Shown here: positions 12,449 through 22,624 of the stretch, one piece after another | Layout of the letters: each line of letters starts with the position of its first letter | How positions within the stretch are numbered: position 1 is the first letter of the stretch | NCBI RefSeq assembly: GCF_018977255.1 | Contig: NW_024704743.1 | Span: 21,516,001-21,580,000, forward strand | Source of the DNA: Callorhinchus milii | Lineage: Eukaryota | Length of the DNA stretch: 64,000 bases | Direction of reading: 5' to 3' | Position numbers and translations under genes: made by a program | The notes under the pieces: model-generated | Told to the model about the DNA's origin: nothing | What the model saw: only the letters and a program-made list of their open reading frames with translations | Database searches by the model: none

Positions 12449-12671
12449 AAATAATAATCCTTGCATTTGATATAGCGCTTTTCACGTCGGGAGGACGTCC
12501 CAAAGCGCTTCACAGAATAGACTGTAAAGTGAATTGACTGTATATTTGTGGGCGAACGCGGCAGCCAATTGCGCACAGCAATGTCCCACAAACAGTCGTA
12601 GATTGAAAATGACCAATTTATTATTGTTTTTGTTTTGGAGGAATTATTATTAGGCTCTGTGTGGAGTAAGG
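12449..12671 (-). mobile_element. tRNA-Ala SINE (short form) running into the assembly gap
   Basis: Reverse complement of the SINE body and tail, cut by the N run. Confidence 0.92.
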
Positions 12672-12696
12672 NNNNNNNNNNNNNNNNNNNNNNNNN
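12672..12696. other. Assembly gap (25 N)
   Basis: N run; true length unknown. Confidence 0.99.
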
Positions 12697-13768
12697 CCTC
12701 TCCCTCCTCCCTCTCCCTCCTTCCTCTCCCTCTCCCTCCTTCCTCTTCCTCGTCCCCTCTCCCTCCTCTCTCTCTCTCCTTCCTCTCCCCCCCTCCCTCC
12801 TTCCTCTCCCTCTCTCTCTCCTCCTCTCCCTCTCCCCCCTCTCCCTCCTTCCTCTCCCTCTCTCTCTCCTTCCTCTCCCTCTCCCCCTCTCCCTCCTTCC
12901 TCTCCCTCCTCTCTCTCCTTCCCCCTCTCCCTCCTTTCTCATCACTCTCTCCACCTCCCACTCTCTCCCTCTTCTCTCCCCTTCTCCCACTGTCTCCTCC
13001 CTCTCTTTCCCCTCCACCTCTCTCCCCCCCGCCCCCTCCTCTCTTTCTCCTCACTTTCTTGCTCTCTCTCTCCCCTTCCTTCTTTCTCATCACTCTCTCC
13101 ACCTCCCATTCTCTCCTTTTCCTCTCCTCTCACTGTCTCCTCACTCTCTTTCCCCTCCCCCCGTCCCCTTCCTCCTTTCTCATCACACTCTTCCTCTCTC
13201 ATTCTCTCCTTTTACTCTCACTCTCTCTCCCCTTCTCTCACTGTCTCCCCATTCCCTTCCTCTCCCCTTCTCTCTTTCTCCACACACTCTTCCTCTCTTT
13301 TTCCCCACTCTTCCTCCTTCTCTCTCCTGTCTCTTTCTCCTCACCATCTTTCCATCCCTCTCTCTCTCCCTTTCTCCTCACTCTCTTTCCTTCCCTCTCT
13401 CCTTTCTCTTGCTTCCCTCTCTTCCTTTCTTCTCACTTTCTTCCCCTCCCTTTTTCTCCTCACTTTCTTCTCCCTCTCTCCCAGTCTCTTTTTCTCGTCA
13501 CTCTCTTTACTTCCCTTTCTCCCCTTCCATTTTTCTCCTCACTCTCTTCCCCCTCTCACTTTCTCCTCTCTCCCCTTCTCACCCCTCTTCTTCCTCTCTC
13601 CCCTGCCTTCTCACTTTCCCCAACACCCCCGCCCCCCCCCCCCCTCTATCTCTCTCACCCTTTCCCCCTTCTCTCTTTCTCGCATTTCCTCTCTCCCCTC
13701 CCCAACTTCTCTCTTTCTCACCTCCTTCTCTCTTCCTCCTCTTTCTTGCCTCTGCCTTTCTCTCTCTC
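12697..13768. repeat. ~1.07-kb polypyrimidine (CT-rich) low-complexity tract
   Basis: Plus strand is almost entirely C/T with loosely recurring ctcactctct-like units. Confidence 0.97.
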
Positions 13769-14048
13769 GGTGGGAGGCAATGAGAGCCTTGTTGAAGTTC
13801 CATTTTTGCTGGATCGAAACCTTCTGATCCTTTACGTTCTTGGTGCATTTTGTCAACATGTATTAAACATAATGCATTTCAGGAAATTGTGAGTTAAGAA
13901 CGCCTAAAGTTTGTTTTGCAGTAATCCTTGATCGAGACACAACCTAATACGGCAAATCAAAGTGGAGGCAACTCCAATTGATGTGATACTATCTTCAACA
14001 GTATGCATAGAAAATATCTTTCAGGATGGATAGCAGTTAATAATAAGT

Positions 14049-14220
14049 ATAATAATACTAATCCTTGCATTTGATATAGCGCTTTTCACACCTTCTAGAC
14101 GTTTCAAAGTGCTTCGCAGAATAAACTGTAAAGTGAATTGACTGTATTTGTGGCGAAACACGGCAGCCAATTGCGCACAGCAGTGTCCCACAAACAGTGG
14201 TGGATTGAAGTGACCAATTT
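14049..14220 (-). mobile_element. tRNA-Ala SINE 3' half
   Basis: Reverse complement of the SINE body and tail. Confidence 0.88.
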
Positions 14221-15064
14221 ACTGGGGGGAGTTTTTTTGAGAGATTAATTGACTACCATTAATTGACTACCACCGAGCAGAGCATTGTACCTGTGATGGG
14301 GAAAGTCACAAACTTTGCAGCTTGCAACAACCCACTCACTGGATTTCAGTGATTACTAAATCTTATTTTTTTCCACCAGAAAAGCAACGATTGCATGCAT
14401 TCAAGTTATGGACGATTTCAACATTAATGCGTGGAGTTGTATTTATTGGCTCTTTGTTGTACATTACAGTGTCAGTGATTGCTCTGGTGACACGCATTGC
14501 TCACATAGGGTTATCACTCTGCTTTCTCACAGTGGATATCTGCCAACCCACTTTGCCTCTGATAGACTTGCCATTATCCACTCGTTACCAATGGAAACTC
14601 ACCGCGATGTTTTCATCTCTGGGGCCATTCGCCATCACATTGTTCCTAATATAGTCATTGTGATATTCCAGTGTCTTGGAGATTTGCCACTATCCTCATT
14701 TGTGGTAATCCTCTCACAGCATAAGTCCAATTCCTAACATGAATTTCATTTCAACAGACTATCATTGCTAGTGGAGATGGTGTCTTGTACAGAGATTTAT
14801 CAGTTCCCGTTAGAGATGCCTCACATCAAGTTAATGCACGTAATTTGATCGCGAAACTTGCTCCTCTTAACCATCTGTCACAAACATTTCATTCCCTCAC
14901 CACCCCACATTTAGATTTACCACAAAGCAATTCCTTCCTGCTGTAGATTTGCAGGAAGAATGTTGTAATTACTCTCACTGAGTCAGAAATATATTTTGGT
15001 ATCCAGGCTGTGCCACATTATTTCACTCTGGAGTGTGTTAAGGGTAAGGAGAGTTTGTTATTTA

Positions 15065-15388
15065 GTGGAGTCCTGTAGCTCAGTGGTTAGAGCACTCGCT
15101 TTGCAAGCAAGAGACCTGAGTTCAATTCCAGACAGGGCGAAACCTTGGGCAAGTTTCCTTACCCCACACAGAGCCTAATAATAATCCCTCCAAAACAAAA
15201 AAACAATAATAAAATTGGTCATTTTCAATCTTCGACTGTTTGTGGGACATTGCTGTGCGCAATTGGCTGCCACGTTCGCCTACAAATATACAGTCAATTC
15301 ACTTTACAGTATATTCTGTGAAGTGCTTTGGGACGTCTAGAAGACGTGAAAAGCGCTATATCAAATGCAAGGATTATTATTATTATTA
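15065..15388 (+). mobile_element. Full-length tRNA-Ala SINE (short form)
   Basis: A box tagctcagtgg, anticodon arm with TGC, B box gagttcaattcc, L2-like tail with TAGAA loop. Confidence 0.95.
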
Positions 15389-16224
15389 CATGTGATGGAG
15401 GTTGGCCATACAACGTTTGATCGTAACTCTGATGTTTAGTGAAATAACTTTCATTTCTCACACAGTTGCTGTGATGCAGTCATCCCCCACCCCCCGTTTA
15501 TTGTGAACCAAATTCTTCTTAAGTGTTTTTAATGTTTGTGTGTGTGTGGTCACTTTTCGTTTCTCCCGGGAATTTATAAAGTCTCGTTTCCCATGAATAT
15601 ATCCCGCAAGGGTTTTTTTCTTTACACACGATTCGCTGCTATGAACATTTTTCTTCATGCTCGTTCCCTGTGGTGACAATTATTGTATCCATTCCTTGCA
15701 ATAGTCATTTCTTGCAATACTTTGTTGGAAATGGTCCAAAGCTTATCGCTCACTGGGATAGCCTTGTTTCTCATTACAAGTTTCTTGTAACAGGTTGTAG
15801 TTAATGCATATTAATCTGTTGTTCCTTATGTGGCTTTGTTGCGTTGATGTGATTACTGGTCAATGGTGCTCATTTCCTATGGTGATTTACCTTAATACTG
15901 TTGTTTTATTTCTCAGAAAAAATATTATTTCTCGCACCTCAGATTCCTCATGACAATGTGTTTCTGTTGCAGTGAATCATGTTTCTCATTTTCAGTTGAT
16001 TTGTTGCTTGCACAGATTTGCTCTAAGTTCTTTGCACAAGTGTTGACATGTGGTAAGCCTTGATTTAGTGCAGTGCTAATTCCTGAAAATGCTCATATTC
16101 CTCACAGGTTTGTCGTTTCTTACACCGGGTAAAGTTTGATTTCTCCCAATGATTTTCTCCTGCAAATGTGTTTCTTGCAATTGTTCGATTCTTCACAATC
16201 CTCTCATTTCTTATACACCATGTG

Positions 16225-16322
16225 CATGTGGGATGTATGGAATTCTCAGTTTGGTTTGGATACTCTTAAGCATATGGTGATGAGTTTCCCCATGTGTCAG
16301 ACACCCGGCTGACCAAAAAAAA
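16225..16322 (+). repeat. Unnamed ~110-bp dispersed repeat, copy 1
   Basis: Similar to 54955-55065 (+) and 38615-38725 (-). Confidence 0.7.
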
Positions 16323-17704
16323 GTGAGACATTTCTTACTGATATTTGTTTCTCTGTCTCAGTTTTAAGATCTTCATCTTCACTTCCAAATCCCTTAATAC
16401 CCTCGATCCTCCTTACCTCTGTGATCTTCTCCAACCACACTTTTCTGTTCATGGTGGCAATAGTTTTCCATGTTTCAGGCCCAGCTGCCAAAATAAAAGT
16501 TGCATAACTTGGCCTGAATGCTTTGAGAGAGGTGTCAAGCTGAGGCCAGGCACTTTATCAATGAAAGAGCAAATTATAGAGTGATTTACAGAATGATTTG
16601 CTACCATCCCCGCCTTTGCTTGTGAGCATGGTCAAGCTTCATTAACAGAGGCTGAGAAGGAAAGTGAAGGGGAAGAAAATCAGAGTATCTCAAAAAATAT
16701 AAAAGCATAAAGTCCTGTTGAATGTCTCCAAAGGTATGTTTTTTTTCATCCACAGAGATTTGCTCACAAATACATTCTTGTTTCTCACTTTGACTCAAAT
16801 TCTTATTCTAGACAATGCTTCAATAGAGTTGTGTTTCAAGTGGTGATTTGTTTTTTACATTCATTTTCAGAGATATGTTTTTCACATTCATTTTCACTTG
16901 TTTGTGAAAAGGATTTCCCACATTCTCCTAGGTTGGCAAGTGAGGTATTAAGGGATTAAGACAAAATGGTGAGCGTTGGAATTAAAGAGCTGACAAAATC
17001 TAATAAACTGTTGGGACAGGTTTAATGGGCTGAATGACCTCATCCCCTTCCTGTTTCCAATATTTCCTTAAAAAAATTGTCATACAAAAGTCTCCAGTAC
17101 TACAGTGTATAATAAATACAGTACTATCCTTTTGTGCTTGAATCCAGCAGAACGTAATTGCTTAAAGGTTATGCCCAGAAGCTATGATTTCTTGCAGGGA
17201 TTCATGATCTTATTATATCTGAAAGATATGTAATGACATTCTTTTTTTCTCACAGGGAGTTGCCAACGATCTCCTTTCTGTTGGAGATTTGTTGAGACAT
17301 GTTCACAATACTCAATACAAGACAAAACTGCATTATATTTTCAGTCAATTATAGTACATGACACCAATAACAGTAGAAATATGACAGCTTGTTTTGTTAA
17401 GTAATTCATATCTTGTGCAGCCCATCTAAACATGTTTTGAAGTTGTTTAACTTTATTAAGAGATTTGAAAAGTAAAACAAAGACACTTTGACAAGTACAT
17501 GTTCAGAATGGAATGGATTTGCCTGTAGCCCAAAACACATGGTAATTCATCTCCAAATTCAACAGATCTTGATTTCAATATTTTGCTCCCATGTTAAGTG
17601 GCAGAAAAGCCTCTCTTCCTCCCCATCCGAACCCCACTCCCCAAGTGTGAACTTTACACCTTGTTTCAATGACACTGGAATAATTGAGTAATTTGGGTTG
17701 AATT

Positions 17705-17930
17705 GTCTTGTTTTTACCCAAGAGAGTTTGCAAAGTCACTGTGGGCATGTTTGGATGCTGGATCTATTCAAATTTCAAGACTGAGGAGGACAGATGTTTG
17801 TTAGGTCAGGGTATCAAGGGATATGGGGTAAAGGCAGGTATTTGGAGTTGAGGTACAAATGCGCCATGATCTAATAAAATGGTGGAACAGGCTCAAGGGG
17901 CTGAATGGCCTATTCCTTGTGAATGTTATG
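17705..17930 (+). mobile_element. CR1 LINE 3' end
   Basis: ggtatcaagggatatgggg...ccatgatct...ggctgaatggcctattcc; homologous to 22366-22624. Confidence 0.8.
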
Positions 17931-18200
17931 TGATAGCTATTCACATATTTATCCAATTCCTTTTTGAATGCTGTTATGCGCTTATCTGTTGTAGTAAAGC
18001 ATTCAACACATTAGTTATACAAGTCATAAATTATAGTTATAAATATTGTGAGTCAGCAGCGCAGTAAACTGCATCAGGCTGCAGTGCAATGAAAAAGCAG
18101 GTAACTCTTTTTAAACAAAATATATTAAGCTATTAGTGACATCTTATTACATACATATTTATATTCATGTGCTATAGAAATAGCATAAATCCAAAAAGTT

Positions 18201-18457
18201 AATAATACTTGCATTTGAAATAGCGCTTTACACATCTTTTAGATGTCTCAAAGCGCTTCACAGAATATGCTGTAAAGTGAATTGACCGTATATTTGTCGG
18301 TGAAATGCAGCAGCTAATTGCGAACGCAGTGTTCCACAGTCGTGGATTGAAAATGACCAATTTATTATTGTTTTGTTTTTTGGAGGGATTATTATTAAGC
18401 GTGTGGAGTAAGGAAACTTGCCCAAGGTTTCGCCCTGCCTGGAATTCAACCCAGGTG
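18201..18457 (-). mobile_element. tRNA-Ala SINE (short form), 5'-truncated
   Basis: Reverse complement of the SINE from B box to tail. Confidence 0.9.
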
Positions 18458-18776
18458 AACGTATTAGAGCAGAAACAGGCTCATAGTTTTATTCAGTTTC
18501 AGAGCAATTGGCTTCCTATTTAAAAAAAAATCCAATCCTTTGTCTTACTTCAGGCTATTAATTTTAAATCTATGCACTACAGTTCTGTTCTCCTGATCAA
18601 ATAGACAAAGACTGTGGATTCAAACCCAACATCAAAACGTCCTTTTGACCACACTTTTGGTTATCTTCCTCCTCCCCCTTCCCCAGCTCAGGCTCCCAGT
18701 CAACGCTGTGAAGCACTTTGAGATGCCCATCCGACATGAGAGGTGCTATGTACAGTAAATATAAATTGATTGCTGC

Positions 18777-19125
18777 GAGCTCATCCTCTAGGCTGACACT
18801 CCAGTGCAATGCTCCAGTGCCCTCCACTCATTGTCGGAGGTGCTGTATTTTGGGTAACATGTTAAAATTAGGTCATTCTCATCTGCCTGTTTTTTAAATG
18901 GAAGGTGAAAATGTCATGAAAGTACAATATTTGAGAAAGGAAGTGAGTTTTTCCTGGTGTCCTGGCTAACAGTCCTCCAGCTAAATTAATCATTCACTTC
19001 CTCACTGTTTGTAGGATCTTGCTGTGTGCAAAATGGTTGCCATACCAGTTGATAAAACAGTTATTGTACCTGCCATTAATTACTGTAAAGTTTTTTTGAA
19101 GCAATAAGGTGCTATGAGGTTCTCG
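18777..19125 (+). mobile_element. Deu-type SINE body, diverged
   Basis: aggctgacactccagtgca...tgtcggaggtgc...ggtgtcctggc...ctgtttgtaggatcttgctgtgtgcaaaatgg. Confidence 0.75.
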
Positions 19126-19179
19126 TTTCTTTCTTCACTTTATCTGTGCTTCTCTGTATCTGTATTTTAAAGTGCAGAA

Positions 19180-19700
19180 TCATATCTGTCTCACTCTGAG
19201 AACAAGTGAAGATCTGTATGCCTCCCTTAAATAAGGATCTAAATTCCCAGAATCACTCTTGTTGCTTCTCTCTGAACCCTCTACAATACTTTGTTGTCCC
19301 TTTGAAGATAGAATATGGTGAAAAATGTGACATTTCATAACAGATTGAGTGATTATCACATTATATACTTTATTGTTTTCACCCCAATATTTGAAATGTG
19401 GTCTCCCAAGTGATCTATAGATTGAAATAATGTCCTTCAAGTACAGCCTTGAGATACAGCCTTGTATTTAATTTGCTTTGTTGACAACAGTTTCACATTG
19501 TCTGTAAACCTTCAGTAAATGATTAATACAGGGTAATCATACCCAAAGCTTTACTTTTTCTACCCTTTATTTTGTACAACATGCTTACTGTTTCTTGTTC
19601 CACACATGGGAAGCAATCCAGTTTTACAAAGGACAATGTAAACAAGGCATCGGAATTACTTTGGACATGATTTCAGTTGTGGATGACTTCAGTGTTCGTG
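19180..19700 (-). mobile_element. CR1 ORF2 fragment, decayed
   Basis: KDIISIYRSLGRPHFKY resembles the CR1 LYKSLVRPHLEY motif. Confidence 0.55.
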
Positions 19701-19977
19701 CAGCTGTTGTCATCCAGTGGCACAGAATGGAGCCAGTACAAGTTAAACAGCTGTATTTAGTAAATTCTTTGGTTTCCTCTAAGATTATGTACCTCTAACT
19801 TTGTATTTTGTAATTTATTGTGTTATTTTCAATTCCAGAAAGAGATTTAATTTCTTCTTTTAATATCCAGTTTCTAATTTTGCAAAAAAAAGTTTATCAT
19901 ACATTTGTGTTTAAATGTAGTACTTACCTTAAGTCACAGTTCGCAGTTCCTCACAAATGCATTGCAGGCTTATCATT

Positions 19978-20770
19978 TGGTATCAGTCTGGCTCGGTTGT
20001 TAGGACTCTAGCTTCTCAGTCAGAAGACTGTGAATTTAAGCCCCATGTTGGCACTTTGAGCTCACATTCCAGGTTGATGTTTCATTAAATTGTTGGGGGG
20101 TTGCTGCATTGTTAGAGGTGATGTCCTTCGTATGAGACATGGAGTGTCAAGGATGGGAACAGGTCATTCGGCTCAACCAGTCCATGCGGTATTTATACTC
20201 CACATGAGTCTCCATCTACTCCTTACTCCCTTCCATACACTTCTATTCTCTATTAACAGCCATTTCCGATTGTCTGCCTCATAGCATCTAATTGCATCTG
20301 AAGACCTTCCTCCTTCACTGTACCTCCCCTCTCTCCCCAGCTGGGTGTCAATCTCTTCCACTGTTAAGCACTCTGAGGCCCCACCCCATGTTAAGGGTGC
20401 TATATAAATAAAGGTTGCTGTTGTATAAGAGTTATTGCAATGGTACGCCCATACATAGAAATTGTATGGTAATCTCCAGCACTGAAACAGAAATAGACAT
20501 TAAATATCGAAGTCCTATCTATCTGTTCAGTTGGACATTAAAGATCCCGTAACAATATTCAAAAAGAAAGGGGAGTTTCTCCCCATGTTCTGGCCAACAA
20601 TCAACCAGATAAAATTAATCATTCACTTCCTAATTGTTTGTGGGACATTTGTGGGCATAAATTGGCTTCCACATTCATCTAAAAAATACAGTCACTATAC
20701 TACACAGCATATTCCTGTGAAACATTTTGAAACATCTTCCTGATGTGAAAGGCATCATATCAAATGTCTC
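19978..20770 (+). mobile_element. Deu-type SINE split by a ~350-bp insertion of LINE 3' fragments
   Basis: Head and core at 19978-20140; core resumes at 20495; agacat flanks the insert at 20135-20140 and 20495-20500. Confidence 0.7.
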
Positions 20771-21379
20771 ATTATTACAGTGTTATTTTCTCAAACATCC
20801 ATTTAAAACCAAGTCTATTTTAAGATATATTGTCTGTTTCAGATGAGATCTATAACATCATAGTCAAGGTGTTAGTAAATTTTCTGTCTGACTTTCCAGT
20901 TCCACCGTTGCACCCTTCATTTATTTATATTTGTACATAATAGGGAGTGGGGGGGTGCGGTGGCTAGGCAGAAGGAATTGGGAGATTTAGAGGTATTAAG
21001 AGGTATAGAGAAAAGAATTGGAAATTGGATAAAAAGATCTCCCATGAACTAATAAACTAGTGGATTATGATTGATGAAATGAATGGCTTCCTCCTGTCGC
21101 TACGTAAAATGCAAAGAATTATGGAGAACAAGACAGAAATTATGTAGAAGGATCCTTCATTATGCGCTTTGGTAATACAGTAAAATCTTTTTTCTTGTTA
21201 AAGGTAATAGCCCAGGAAACATAAAAATCTTATTTTTTCCACAGCAATGTCACACAAACAGCCTTGAAATGAATGACCAATTTTATGTGATGGATTGTTA
21301 GCCTGGACACCAGGAGAAACTCCCTTCTCTTTTTAAATTCCTTAACATCCACCAGAACAGGTTATGTTGATTTAACATC

Positions 21380-21562
21380 GAGGTTATAAGAGAGAAATTA
21401 TTTCTGTTGATCAGAGACTTGGAGGGCATTAATTTACAATAACTAGCAAATTAGCAAATAGAGAGATGAGGAGAATTTTTCTTCACACAAAGAATAGTTA
21501 GGATATGGAATGCCCTGCTAGGAGTGGTGGTTGAGGTACAATCTACATTAGTTTTCAAGATG
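21380..21562 (+). mobile_element. CR1 ORF2 C-terminal fragment
   Basis: Motifs FFTQRIVRIWNAL..VVVE. Confidence 0.75.
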
Positions 21563-21890
21563 GAAAGAGGCAGGAGCATGGAGGGATTTGAAGGTCAAAA
21601 TGAGGATCTTGAAGTTGATCCAATGGGGCACCAAAAGTCAATGTAGGATGTGGGTGATGGCACCTGGGGTTAGTGTGGGGAGAGGATATCGACTGCAGAG
21701 TTCTGAATGATTTGGAGTTCCTGAAGAGTCGAGGCAGGGAGGCTGTCGAGAGCATTTTGAGAGTACGTCTGGAGGCGACAAAGTCATGAATGTGTTTTAG
21801 CTGTGTTGAGTAAGGTAGGGATAAAAGCAGGTGATGTCTTTGAGGGAGAGAGAAAAAGAGTCCTGGTCAAGGACAGGATGTCGTTTTTTT
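21563..21890 (-). mobile_element. L2 ORF2 fragment, decayed
   Basis: Reverse complement gives IQNSA and FKILIL motifs. Confidence 0.65.
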
Positions 21891-22365
21891 TAAAAGCTGA
21901 AGGTCAAACAAACATAAGCTTGTATGCTGGAATGCAATCATCGACTTATCAGTAATTATAATGTGGTCCCTCAACACTTCCGCTCCATCACCAGTCGCTG
22001 TGCTTTCAGCCACGATGCTCTGACTCTGTGGAACTCAGCCTCAATCCCTCTGCCTTGCCCCTCTTTTGCCTGTCTTCAGATCACACCTGAAGATGTTCCT
22101 CTTTGACCACTTGACTATGGTGACTCCCCCTTTCTCCCTGGCTCGACAACAAACTATGCCATTGTTAAGTATTCTGAGAAGGAATGGTTTGGTGAGTGCC
22201 CGCATCAAAGATACTATGCACACTCATGTTTTTGATGTCGCAATGTGGTACATATGAATGACTTTTGCCTAATCTTTCTGGTATAATATTTATAATGCAG
22301 CTATAATGCAACACAGTATTATTTGTTCTCAAACTCTCTAAGTACAACAAACATTTTTTGTTACC

Positions 22366-22624
22366 TTTTTTGCACTCAGAGGGTTAACAATGAACTTATG
22401 GAATTCACTACCCCAGAAGGCTGTAGATGCTCAGTCCTTGAACATTTTCAAGGCTGAGACTGATAGATTCTTGAAAAATAGAGGGATTAGGGGATATGGG
22501 GATAGGGCAGGTAATCAGAGTTAGGTGAGAAGATCAGCCATGATCTTATTGAATGGCGGAGCAGGCACAAAGGGCCGAATGGCCTACTCCTGCTCCTAAT
22601 TCTTATGTTCCTATGTTCTTATGT
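22366..22624 (+). mobile_element. CR1 LINE 3' end with octamer tail
   Basis: LWNSLPQKAVDAQSLNIFKAETDRFL, then the 3' UTR and (TTCYTATG)3. Confidence 0.9.

Noticed and set aside
12424..13892. Long ORFs of 150-382 aa (L/S/P/F-rich or E/R/G-rich)
   Set aside because: They arise because the CT/AG tract cannot form stop codons; two of them span the N gap.
14322..14737. Two hydrophobic ~110-aa plus ORFs
   Set aside because: They are explained by T-rich skew and have no recognisable motif.
15065..15140. tRNA-Ala gene
   Set aside because: The head is continuous with a SINE body in all copies and has no oligo-T terminator after it.
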